NCBI GenBank assembly: GCA_002269645.1
Contig: NIVC01003477.1
Location: 1 to 64,000, forward strand
DNA from: Macrostomum lignano
Lineage: Eukaryota
DNA length: 64,000 nucleotides
Direction: 5' to 3'
Of the stretch, positions 33,701-46,100 are shown piece by piece. A program made the position numbers and the translations under genes. The notes under the pieces were generated by a model, which ran no database searches, was not told where the DNA came from, and was given only the letters and a program-made list of their open reading frames with translations. Each line of letters opens with the position of its first letter. The first letter of the stretch is position 1.

Positions 33701-35750
33701 CACCTGTTTGATTCCATTCATCCCCTTTTTATTATTCACCTGTCTGATCCCATTCATCCCCTTTTTACTCACCTGTCTGATCCCATTTATCCCCTTTTTA
33801 TTATTCACCTGTCTGATCCCATTCATCCCCTTTTTAATCACGTCTGATCCCTTTTATCCCATTTTTATTATTCACCTGTCTGATCCCATTTATCCCCTTT
33901 TTATTATTCACCTGTCTGATCCCATTTATCCCCTTTTTACTCACCTGTCTGATCTCATTCATCCCCTTTTTATTATTCACCTGTCTGATCCCATTCATCC
34001 CCTTTTTATTATTCACCTGTCTGATCCCATTCATCCCCTTTTTACTCACCTGTCTGATCCCATTCATTCCCTCTATTCTCACCTGTCTGATCCCATTCAT
34101 CCCCTTTTTACTCACCTGTCTGATCCCATTTATCCCCTTTTTACTCACCTGTCTGATCCCATTTATCCCCTTTCTACTCACCTGTCTGATCCCGTTCATT
34201 CCCTCTATTCTCACCTATCTGATCCCATTTATACCCTTTTTATTATTCACCTGTCTGATCCCATTTATCCCCTTTTTACTCACCTGTCTGATCCCATTCA
34301 TCCCCTTTTTACTCACCTGTCTGATCCCGTTCATTCCCTCTATTCTCACCTATCTGATCCCATTTATACCCTTTTTACTCACCTGTCTGATCCCATTCAT
34401 CCCCTTTTTATTATTCACCTGTCTGATCCCATTCATCCCATTTTTATTATTCACCTGTCTGATCCCATTTATCCCCTTTTTATTATTCACCTGTCTGATC
34501 CCATTTATCCCCTTTTTACTCACCTGTCTGATCTCATTCATCCCCTTTTTATTATTCACCTGTCTGATCCCATTCATCCCCTTTTTATTATTCACCTGTC
34601 TGATCCCATTCATCCCCTTTTTACTCACCTGTCTGATCCCATTCATTCCCTCTATTCTCACCTGTCTGATCCCATTCATCCCCTTTTTACTCACCTGTCT
34701 GATCCCATTTATCCCCTTTTTACTCACCTGTCTGATCCCATTTATCCCCTTTCTACTCACCTGTCTGATCCCGTTCATTCCCTCTATTCTCACCTATCTG
34801 ATCCCATTTATACCCTTTTTATTATTCACCTGTCTGATCCCATTTATCCCCTTTTTACTCACCTGTCTGATCCCATTCATCCCCTTTTTACTCACCTGTC
34901 TGATCCCGTTCATTCCCTCTATTCTCACCTATCTGATCCCATTTATACCCTTTTTACTCACCTGTCTGATCCCATTCATCCCCTTTTTATTATTCACCTG
35001 TCTGATCCCATTCATCCCCTTTTTATTATTCACCTGTCTGATCCCATTCATCCCCTTTTTACTCACCTGTCTGATCCCATTTATCCCCTTTTTACTCACC
35101 TGTCTGATCCCATTCATCCCCTTTTTACTCACCTGTCTGATCCCATTCATTCCCTCTATTCTCACCTGTCTGATCCCATTCATCCCCTTTTTACTCACCT
35201 GTCTGATCCCATTTATCCCCTTTTTACTCACCTGTCTGATCCCATTCATTCCCTCTATTCTCACCTGTCTGATCCCATTCATCCCCTTTTTACTCACCTG
35301 TCTGATCCCATTTATCCCCTTTTTACTCACCTGTCTGATCCCATTCATTCCCTCTATTCTCACCTGTCTGATCCCATTCATCCCTTTTTACTCACCTGTC
35401 TGATCCCATTTATCCCCTTTTTACTCACCTGTCTGATCCCATTCATTCCCTCTATTCTCACCTGTCTGATCCCATTCATCCCCTTTTTACTCACCTGTCT
35501 GATCCCATTTATCCCCTTTTTACTCACCTGTCTGATCCCATTCATCCCCTTTTTACTCACCTGTCTGATCCCATTCATCCCCCTTTTTACTCACCTGTCT
35601 GATCCCATTCATTCCCTCTATTCTCAGCTATCTGATCCCATGTTTCTCTGCTGTCTGATTTATCATCAGTTATTAACATACAACATTTCAGAATTGCCAC
35701 CGCTAAGAGGTGCCCAGCCGAACACAGATGAAGCGGATCCTCTTACTTAA
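30751..35750 (+). CDS. ARL13B: ADP-ribosylation factor-like GTPase 13B (ciliary), 5 exons, ~482 aa
   Basis: Exons 30751..30806, 30954..31386, 31903..32274, 33068..33596 and 35692..35750; phases 2/0/0/1 match. P-loop GIDNAGKTT, switch II YDIGGSG with Gly in place of the catalytic Gln (ARL13 hallmark), LANKQD, GLRWLL plus coiled coil, VEP motif, and C-terminal KLPPLR..PNTD. Confidence 0.92.
31480..31785. repeat. 21-bp pyrimidine-rich minisatellite in ARL13B intron 2 (CTATCCGCCGTCTCCTTCCCT)
   Basis: Direct reading. Confidence 0.93.
32380..33010. repeat. 24-bp minisatellite in ARL13B intron 3 (GTACAGAATCTCACTACAGACTCA)
   Basis: Direct reading. Confidence 0.95.
33605..35640. repeat. 33/36-bp minisatellite in ARL13B intron 4 (CACCTGTCTGATCCCATT(T/C)ATCCCCTTTTTACT)
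   Basis: Direct reading; explains the 843-aa THLSDPIHPLF ORF. Confidence 0.96.
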
Positions 35751-36135
35751 AACCCGATTTTACATCTTAAAATTTCCCTTCTTTGAAGAACCTGAGTAAC
35801 TATTTTTATTACTGTGATCCAAGTGGAAAGAAAAAGTGATATAATCGTACAATTGTTCACTCTTTCTTTAATAATTCTTACGTAAGTTCTCAGCTATTTA
35901 AAATATAATTTTTACTCTCGCTTGCATTCCCTAACTTAACTTTAACACTGTTTCTGCGTGTAGTTTTTTTGTGTTTTTTTGCGAATCATTGGCACCTTTT
36001 AGCTGTATATTGTGAGTTGTTTTTTATTTTGTAACTAATATTTTTTATGTACTGGTATGCAACAAATGCATTCTGATAAAATTCTTGCAAAAAATATTCT
36101 TTTTTTTTCGTTTTGATGCTCAGGTCCAATCTTTG

Positions 36136-36612
36136 GTCTTAGAGTCCCGATCCTGAGTCTTAGAGTCCCGATCCCCAGTCCTATAGTCCCGATCCTGAGT
36201 CTTAGAGTCCCGATACTGAATCTTACAGTCCCGATCCTGACTCTTATAGTCCCGATCCTGAGTCTTAGAGTCCCGATCCTGAGTCTTAGAGTCCCGATCC
36301 TGAGTCTTAGAGTCCCGATCCTGAGGCTTAGAGTCCCGATCCTGAGTCTTAGAGTCCCGATCCTGAGTCTTAGAGTCCCGATCCTGAGGCTTAGAGTCCC
36401 GATCCTGAGTCTTAGAGTCCCGATCCTGAGTCTTAGAGTCCCGATCCTGATTCTTAGAGTCCCGATCCTGAGTCTTAGAGTCCCGATCCTAAGTCTTAGA
36501 GTCCCGATCCTGAGTCTTGGAGTCCTGATCCTGAGTCTTAGAGTCCCGATCCTGAGTCTTATAGTCCCGATCCTGAGTCTTAGAGTCCATCGAGTCTTAG
36601 AGTCCCGATCCT
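36136..36612. repeat. 21-bp intergenic minisatellite (CCTGAGTCTTAGAGTCCCGAT)
   Basis: Direct reading. Confidence 0.95.
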
Positions 36613-37160
36613 TTAGTTTCTCTTGGAAAGAAGACTTAGTCTTCTATCTGTGTCATTGTTTTTTGCTATTTAAAAAATTAAAAAACTGTTATATGTGTAC
36701 AAGTTGCTTGCTTTCGTTATATATTCAGTTGTCCGTCCAGACCAAAAATTGATATCTTTGAACCAGAAAATCCGTCCGCTCTATTATTATTCTTGATCTT
36801 GAAATATTATTACCCAACTGCCGCAACGGCAGGCTTTTCCGAGCTGCACGCAGCAATGTAAATATTGTTCTCTGCGTATTTTACATCAAATACTTTCTTA
36901 ATTTTAACTTTGCTATAGTTTCTATTTTTTACGGCGCAGATATTTTATGAGCTAAAATCGAAATAAAACAAAATTTTTAGAAGTTAAGAAAGCTTCGTTG
37001 AATGCGTTTTTTATTTTTTTATTAAAAATCTTCATTACACTACTGATTCTAATTTGAACAGTAGAAAAATGCTAACATTGTTATCTAAATTTGTATACTA
37101 CTTTTAATCGTTAATTTTTTCAGCCTATAACAGAGGGAAGCTACAAAGCAAAAAAACCGC

Positions 37161-40100
37161 ATGGAAACCATTGACGCAGTCGACATTGAGTCGTCGTCGT
37201 CTTTGCCAGCAGTCGCCGATATGGAAACGGAGGAGAACTCTCTGCCAACAGTGGCGGCCGCTGCCGCAGACGAAGTTGCCGAATTAATTGATACAGGCAA
37301 CGATTCGCAGTCATCGACAGCGGCGTCGGAAGCGGCTTCCTCCTCCTCCTCATCGACGTCGGTTTCGGCCGCAGCTGCAGCCGCCTCCGCCGTCGCCGCT
37401 AGCGATCCACAGTCCGGCGACGAGGCCGCTCCAGGAGCCGCTGCCGCCGCGCCGGCCCAGGATCTGGAGTTTGTATACGCCGATGCCGACGAATATTCGG
37501 TTGAAATAGCCGAGCTGTACACCTACACTGAGGAGGCCGACCTGCGGGCTAATCAGGTCGCTTTTGATCAGCTGTTCGACGAGTTTCATCAGCACGATGA
37601 GCAGAAGCAGCAGCATCGCTGGACTAAGCTGGACGATCCATCTAGACGGGCTTTTATCGAGCGCCTGTTGAACATGCTGGACCTGGGCGGCGGCGGTGTC
37701 GGTTCAGAGGATCGGCGCAAACGCCTGTCGGCAGTTCGAGCCCTGCTGTACATTGCGCAGGGTAATTGGGGAGAATGCGACCTGGAGGAGGACCAGCTCA
37801 GGTGGACTCTGCACAATGCTCACCTATTGCTAGTGAGCGGCGCTTATCAAGGTGTCTGCCAGCTGCTCTGCATGGAGATTGACGCTCCAATGGCTTCGTC
37901 GTCTGCTGTGCAAGCTGCTGCGGCCAACTCTGCTGGCGGTTCCGCTGCTGCCGCTGCTGCTGCGGCCGCCGCCGCCGCTGCTGCCGCTGCTGGTAAGCTG
38001 ATGCACTATTAGCGCCCATCTCACGTTTGAGATGGTTTAGTCTTGAAAACTGGTGGGAAACACCAGCATCTCAGCTTAGCTGAAAATCGTCCCTGAGCTT
38101 ACCCTGAAAATCGCCCCTGAACTTACTCTGAAAATCGCCCCTGAACTTACTCTGAAAATCGCCCCTGAAATTAGCCTGAACATCGCCCTGAACTTACTCT
38201 GAAAATCGCCCCTGAACTTACCCTGAACATCGCCCCTGAACTTACTCTGAAAATCGCCCCTGAAATTAGCCTGAACATCGCCCTGAACTTACCCTAAAAT
38301 CGCCCCTGAACTTACCCTCAAAAAATCGCCCCTGAACTTACCCTAAAATCGCCCCTGAACTTACCCTGAACATCGCCCTGAACTTACCCTAAAATCGCCC
38401 CTGAACTTACCCTGAACATCGCCCTGAACTTACCCTGAAAATCGCCCCTGAACTTACTCTGAAAATCGCCCCTGAACTTACCCTAAAAATCGTCCCTGAA
38501 CTTACCTTAAAAATTGCCCCTGAACTTGCCCTGAAAATCGCCTCCTGAGCTGCCCTAAAGTCGCTCTGGTTTGACCCAAAATTGCCCCTGAACTACCCCG
38601 AAAACCGCCTTTGAACCACTCCGAAAACTGCCTTTGAACTACCCCGAAAACCGCCTTTGAGCTACCCCAAAAATCGCCCCTGAACTGCCCAGAGAACTAC
38701 GCTGATATACCTGGCATTTATGTAGAATCGCCCATCAACTACAGGCGGCAATTATCCCGGCAAAAAGTCGGGATCAGCCGGCGGCCAATCCGGTCCCGGC
38801 GGCAGCGGCAGCAACATAACGTTGAACGATTCTACTGAGCTGCGCCTCATGCTCAGCCTGCTGTACATTCTAGTTGAAACTGCGCGCTGCTTTCCGCACG
38901 GCGATCACGCCGAAGGATGGGCCAAGGCTAGGGAGCACCTCATTCAGGAGCTGCAGGTAAGGCGTAATGGGATTTATTTATTTTTTACTTCAATCTTAGC
39001 CTAAACTCTTCTATTAATAGTTTTCCACCGCTCAACCTCATTCGGCACCCATATCTATCCTACTATATTTTAGCTGCTGTAGCTTCTACCTCAATTAGAC
39101 ATTCACCCATCTAATTTATCTATTTACCTCTAATCTAATGAGCCACCCACCTCTGCCCTGATTAGCTACCAACCTCTGACCTAGTTAGCCACCCACCTCT
39201 GCCCTAATTAGCCACACACATCCGCCCTAATTAGCCACCCACCTCTGCCCTAATTAGCTACCAACCTGTGCCCTAATTAGCCACCCACCTCTGCCCTAAT
39301 TAGCCACCCACCTCTGCCCTAATTAGCCACCCACCTCTGCCCTGATTAGCTACCAACCTCTGCCCTAGTTAGCCACTCACCTCTGCCCTAGTTAGCCACC
39401 CACCTCTGCCCTAATTAGCTACCAACCTGTGCCCTAATTAGCCACCCACCTCTGCCCTAATTAGCCACCCACCTCTGCCCTAATTAGCCACCCACCTCTG
39501 CCCTAATTAGCCACCCACTTCTGCCCTAATTGGCTACCCACCTCTATCCTAATTAGCCACCCACCTCTGCCCTAATTAACTACTCACCTCTGCCCTAATT
39601 AGCCACCCACCTCTGCCCTAATTAGCCACCCACCTCTGCCCTGATTAGCTACCAATCTCTACCCTAATTAGCCACCCAGCACCTCCACCCTATCTAGCCA
39701 CCCACCTCTTCCCTAATCAGCCACCCACATGTACTCTAATTATCTGGTTATCAACAGATCTCTGCCCCAGTCAGTCACACCTCTGCAACGATCATAGCTA
39801 ATTATCAATTAAAACATTTCTCTCCCGGCAGGAGCCAATCGTTGGCGAAGACTGCCTGGCCATCCTCCTATTCAACATGGTGACCAAGTTTTGCAGCAGC
39901 GCAGCGCCACACTACCCGATGCGAAAGGTGCTACTGCTATTGTGGAAAGTTGTACTGTTAACCCTTGGCCCGCTGCCGGAGTTGCACAAGTGCAAGAATG
40001 AGCTCAGAGAGCGACACGGCCTGGCGCCAGTCACGGAAGAGACTGCCACAGTGTGCGCCAGGATGCGAGCCTCCAGCCCGCCAATGTCTGCTGCGGATAT

Positions 40101-43100
40101 GTTCGACCAGATGCCCAGGCGGAGGGCTAGCCGGAAGTCGCTGGCTCCAAAGGATCCGGTGGCTGGTGAGGCGGAGTCAAGGCCCTACGGATATGACTAC
40201 TCATATAATGAGCACTGCGAGAATGTCTACATTTCCGTGACAATGAGCAGTCAGAATGACTAAATTTCCTTGACAATGATCAGTGTCAGAATGACTAGAT
40301 TTCCTTGACAATGAGCACTGTCAGAATGACTAGATTTCCTTGACAATGAGCAGTCAGAATGACTAGATTTCCTTCACAATGAGCAGTTAGAATGACTAGA
40401 TTTCCTTCACAATGAGCAGTTAGAATGACTAGATTTCCTTCACAATGAGCAGTTAGAATGACTAGATTTCCGCGAAAATTTTCTGCAGGCGAAGATCAGC
40501 AGCCAAACCAGCAGCAGCAGCAGCAGCAGAGCCGGCGCAACCAAGCCAGAGGCGATCTGCTTCTGCAACAGCAGCTCCAACAGCAGCAGCAATCCCGCTG
40601 TCTGCACTGGCGTCCGAAAGTGTCCGAACGCGATCTGGAAGCCTACCTGCAACAGGTGCGCGCTAAATTTGTCGGCTTCCGAGTGCAAGGCGACTTAACC
40701 AGCCTTGCCGGCCTCCCAGCCCCCATTCACGAGAGCGTTAAAGTGCTGCGGCAGAATCTCTACGTCAGCCTAGCGGAGATGCAGATGCGACAAGAGCGGG
40801 ACATTGTCAGCTATCCGCTTACTAAGGGCCGAGCTGAGGTAACTTTGTGTGTGTTTGCTTATGTGGGTTTTAGCAGCTTCCTTAACTCATGCTGTCACGC
40901 GTTACAAACGCTATGAGTGATTCTATAGCATCCCTTGAAGGAATCAGGAACATACAGAAAGGAAAATTAAGCTTTAGAGCTTTAGAACCGGGTGCTTTAG
41001 CACCAGGGGCTTTAGCACCAGGGGCTTTAGCACCAGGAGCTTTAGCACCAGGGGCTTTAGCACCAGGGGCTTTAGCACCAGGGGCTTTAGCACCAGGGGC
41101 ACCAGGGGCTTTAGCACCAGGGGCTTTAGCACCAGGAGCTTTAGCACCAGGGGCTTTAGCACCAGGAGCTTTAGCACCAGGGGCTTTAGCACCAGGGGCT
41201 TTAGCACCAGGGGCTTTAGCACCAGGGGCTTTAGCACCAGGGGCTTTAGCACCAGGGGCTTTAGCACCAGGGGCTTTAGCACCAGGGGCTTTAGCACCAG
41301 GGGCTTTAGCACCAGGGGCTTTAGCACCAGGGGCTTTAGCACCAGGGGCTTTAGCACCAGGGGCACCAGGGGCTTTAGCACCAGGGGCTTTAGCACCAGG
41401 AGCTTTAGCACCAGGGGCTTTAGCACCAGGAGCTTTAGCACCAGGGGCTTTAGCACCAGGGGCTTTAGCACCAGGGGCTTTAGCACCAGGGGCTTTAGCA
41501 CCAGGGGCTTTAGCACCAGGGGCTTTAGCACCAGGGGCTTTAGCACCAGGGGCTTTAGCACCAGGGGCTTTAGCACCAGGGGCTTTAGCACCAGGGGCTT
41601 TAGCACCAGGGGCTTTAGCACCAGGGGCTTTAGCACCAGGGGCTTTAGCACCAGGGGCTTTAGCACCAGGGGCTTTAGCACCAGGGGCGCCAGCACCAGG
41701 GGCGCCAGCACCAGGGGCGCCAGCACCAGGGGCGCCAGCACCAGGGGCGCCAGCACCAGGGGCGCCAGCACCAGGGGCGCCAGCACCAGGGGCGCCAGCA
41801 CCAGGGGCGCCAGCACCAGGGGCGCCAGCACCAGGGGATTTAGCACCAGGGGATTTAGCACCAGGGGATTTAGCACCAGGGGATTTAGCACCATGAGCGC
41901 CAGCACCAGGGGCTTTAGCACCAAGGGCTTTAGCACCAAGGGCTTTAGCACCAGGGGCTTTAGAACCAGGGGCTTTAGCACCAGGGGCTTTAGCACCAGG
42001 GGCTTTAGCACCAGGGGCTTTAGCACCAGAGGCTTTAGCACCAGGGGCTTTAGCACCAGAGGCTTTAGCACCAGGGGCTTTAGCACCAAGGGATTTAGCA
42101 CCAGGGGGTTTAGCACCAGGAGCTTTAGCACCAGGGGCTTTAGCACCAGGAGCTTTAGCACCAGGGGCTTTAGCACCAGGGGCTTTAGCACCAGGGGCTT
42201 TAGCACCAGGGGCTTTAGCACCAGGGGCTTTAGCACCAGGGGCTTTAGCACCAGGGGCGCCAGCACCAGGGGCGCCAGCACCAGGGGCTTTAGCACCAGG
42301 GGCTTTAGCACCAGGGGCTTTAGCACCAGGGGCGCCAGCACCAGGGGCTTTAGCACCAGGGGCTTTAGCACCAGGGGCGCCAGCACCAGGGGCGCCAGCA
42401 CCAGGGGCGCCAGCACCAGGGGATTTAGCACCAGGGGATTTAGCACCAGGGGATTTAGCACCAGGGGATTTAGCACAATGAGCGCCAGCACCAGGGGCTT
42501 TAGCACCAAGGGCTTTAGCACCAGGGGCTTTAGCACCAGGGGCTTTAGCACCAGGGGCTTTAGCACCAGGGGCTTTAGCACCAGAGGCTTTAGCACCAGG
42601 GGCTTAAGCACCAGGGGCTTTAGCACCAGAGGCTTTAGCACCAGGGGCTTTAGCACCAAGGGATTTAGCACCAGGGGGTTTAGCACCAGGGGCTTTAGCA
42701 CCAGGGGCTTTAGCACCAGAGGCTTTAGCACCAGGGGCTTTAGCACCAAGGGATTTAGCACCAGGGGGTTTAGCACCAGGGGCTTTAGCACCAGAGGCTT
42801 TAGCACCAGGGGCTTTAGCACCAAGGGATTTAGCACCAGGGGGTTTAGCACCAGGGGCTTTAGCACCAGAGGCTTTAGCACCAGGGGCTTTAGCACCAAG
42901 GGATTTAGCACCAGGGGGTTTAGCACCATGGGCTTTAGCACCAGCGGCGCCAGCACCAGGGATGCCAGCAAGTATTACTGGGAGCTCGCATTAAAGAGAA
43001 CAAGAGGCTTATGATATCGTTGAACTTTATTTTAAGACCTAAATTTCGCTCTAAATTTTCTTACTCAGGTAATACCTGACACCCCAGCCGAGCACCTCTA

Positions 43101-46100
43101 CCGGCAGATGATGCCGCACATACCGCAGTACATGATCGCCCTACTCAAAGTACTGCTGGCTGCTGCTCCGACTAGCAAGCCGAAAACTGAGACTATCAAT
43201 CTGGCATCGGATCTGCTGCCGGCTGCCGACGGCATGCCGCAGACTCTGGTGCAGTCTCTGAGGCTTAGCGTTGATGTTAATAGGCACAAGGAAGTGATTG
43301 TCAAGGCTATTTCGGCTCTGCTGCTGCTGCTGTTGAAGCACTTCAAGGTTTGTTAGTGTAATATATTGAAGCTAAAGGCTTGTAGTGAATGCGTAGGAAA
43401 GTTGAACGTGGAGAGCCAGTACACACAACCGGGCTCTTATATGACTTGTTTATTCTTATTCATCAACCCTAGGACTAAAGAGGGTGGTTGGCCTGACTGC
43501 TCAGACCCCACCATGCTAGCCACGCGTAAAACGCAAACAACCCGACGCAGTGCACATGCACTGAAACACACTAGCCAATCAGCGCGCACGCAAATACTAA
43601 CTAACTAAGAATGCACAAAGCATAATATTGCAATAATAAAAATACACTAGCATATCGCCACAATGTCACACTTCCCCCCTGAGTCAGTTCTCCCCTTCAC
43701 AGCTGAAGTCTCTGAGGTGGGCCTCGAACCCTCAGTGGGTACCGCCGTGTAGTGCCCGGCTCGTGTCGCACGCCGCTCGCATGCTCGTCGTCAGTGCCGG
43801 ATGACGCCCCACAGGCCGTGTCGGCGACGGCTGCGGCGTCAGCGCTTTGCACGCCGCTGTCACTCGGGGCGGCGCCGTCATCCGTAGCAGGCGGCGGATG
43901 GACGGTGTCGGCGGAGTCAGCGCGGGCTGCCACCAGCTGATCAGCGTGCCGGAAGTGCTGGCCTCGCTCCGAGTCAACCGTGTAGTTGCGGCTGCCGGCG
44001 CCCGTGACGACACCCTCAGCCCAGCGTGGCGTGTCGCCGGCTCTCGCGCCGGCGCTGTAGTCGCGGAGGAGGACGTGATCACCCGGCTGAAACTCGCGCG
44101 CTGGTCTGCGTCCCTGCAGCTGCCGCTCTTGCCGCCGTTGGACGTCGTCAGCCAGCGACGGTGCCAGGAGGTCCAGACGGCAGCGAAGCCGACGGCCGAT
44201 GAGCAGCTGACTCGGGGCTGCGCCGCTGATGCTGTGTGGGGTGTTGCGGTAGCTGAGCAGCAGTCGCTGAAGCTCGACGTCAGAGTGGCCGCTCTTGAGC
44301 AGATGTCGCTTCAGGACTTGCACAAACCTCTCGGCCTGGCCGTTGGTGGCGGGATGAAACGGCGCCGAGAACACGTGACGAATGCCGTTGGCCCGGGTAA
44401 ACTCGGCGAACTCGGCGGAGGCGAACTGCGGCCCGTTGTCGGACACCAGGGTGCGCGGAATGCCTTGGCGCGCGAACATCTCCCGCAGAGCCGCGATGGT
44501 GGCCGCCGACGTTGTACCGCGCATCCGCTGGACCTCCGGCCACTTGCTATGAGCATCGACTACCACCAGGTACGTATGACCGTCGACCGGACCGGCAAAG
44601 TCGATGTGCAGGCGCTCCCACGGTTCGGATGGCAGAGGCCACGGTTGCACCGGCGCCTTGGGCGGGTCGGGCTGGTTGAGCTGACAGGTGCGGCAGGACT
44701 TGGCCGCAGCTTCCAGATCGCCGTCGAGGCCGGGCCACCACACGTAGCTGCGAGCCAGGGCGCGCATTCTGCTGATGCCGGGATGCGCCTGATGTAGCTC
44801 TTGAATCACGCGTCGACGCAGCGCTGTAGGCACAACGACCCTTGCGCCCCACAGGACACAGTCTTGGTCGACTGACAGCTCCGACTGCCGCCGGGCGAAG
44901 TCGCTCAGGTCGTCGCCGATGGGCGCACCGGTCTGTAAGCAGCGAAGCACCCGACCGAGTGAGACGTCTGTCCTAGTGTGCCGCGCCACCGCCAGCGCCG
45001 TGATGGCCGATCCGGAGCCCTCGTCGAGCAGCAGCGAGTTGACGGCCGGCTCCTCCTCGAACAGGTGCGGCAGCGGCAGCCGCGAGAGCGAGTCGCAGTT
45101 GGCATGCTTTTCGGTCGGCCGGAACTCCAGCGTGTAGTCGTAGCTCGACAGCCGAATGGCCCAGCGCTGCATCCGGGCGGCCGCGTGTGCCGGAATGCCC
45201 TTGCGCTCGCCCAGCAGACCCAGCAGCGGCAGATGGTCGGTGACGATGGTGAACCGCCGGCCATAGAGGAACTGGTGAAACCGGTGCAGACCAAACATGA
45301 TGGCCAGCGCCTCCTTGTCCAGCTGGGAGTAGCCGCGCTGCGCTGCTGTTAGACTGCGGCTGGCGAAGGCGACCGCGCAGTCCTTGTCGTCGATGCGGTG
45401 CGTCAAGACGACCCCCAGGCCGTAGGGAGAGGCGTCGCACTCTAATCGCAGCGGCAGATTCGGATTGTAGTGCACGAGAACCGGGGACTCGAGCAGCAGC
45501 CGCTTGGCCTCTGCAAATGCCTGTTGCTGCGGTGGCCCCCATGACCAGCGGGTGTTCTTGGCCAAGAGCTGGTGGAGCGGCGCCAGGACGGTAGACAAGT
45601 TGGGCAGGAACTTGCAGTACTGCGCTAGCATGCCCAGAAACGAGCGCAGCTGGCTGACGTCCTTGGGTGCTGGCGCGTCCTGGACGGCGGCGACCCGGTC
45701 CGGCAGCGGCTTGAGTCCGCTGGCGTCGATCCGATGGCCGAGGTACTCAACAGAGTCTTCGAAGAATTTGCATTTCTCTTTGTTGAGTCGCAGGCCGGCG
45801 TCCTTCAAGCGCCGCAGGACCAGCGCCAGGTTCCTCTTGTGCTGTTGCAGGGTGCTGCCGGTGACCAGAATGTCGTCGACGAAGACTTGGACGGCATCCA
45901 GGTCTCCCAGCAGGGTGTCCAGGGTGCGTTGAAAGATCGCGCTGGCGCTCGTTATGCCGAATGGGAGGCGATTGACCTGGAAGAGGCCTCTGGGCGTGTT
46001 GATAGTGAGAAACGCCTTGCTGTCGTCGGCCAGAGGAAGCTGCAAGAAGGCGTTGGACAGATCGAGCTTGGTCCACTTGCAGCCGCCGCCGAGCTTGGCG

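Noticed and set aside
33219-35750. 843-aa ORF with THLSDPIHPLF repeats
   Set aside because: It is read-through of the ARL13B intron-4 minisatellite. Its 5' part is an off-frame reading of exon 4, and only the last ~19 codons are real coding sequence.
40889-43014. (GALAP)n, (STRGF)n and (LVLKP)n ORFs resembling elastin or collagen
   Set aside because: They lie wholly within STRIP intron 4, have no signal peptide, and arise from a 15-bp satellite.
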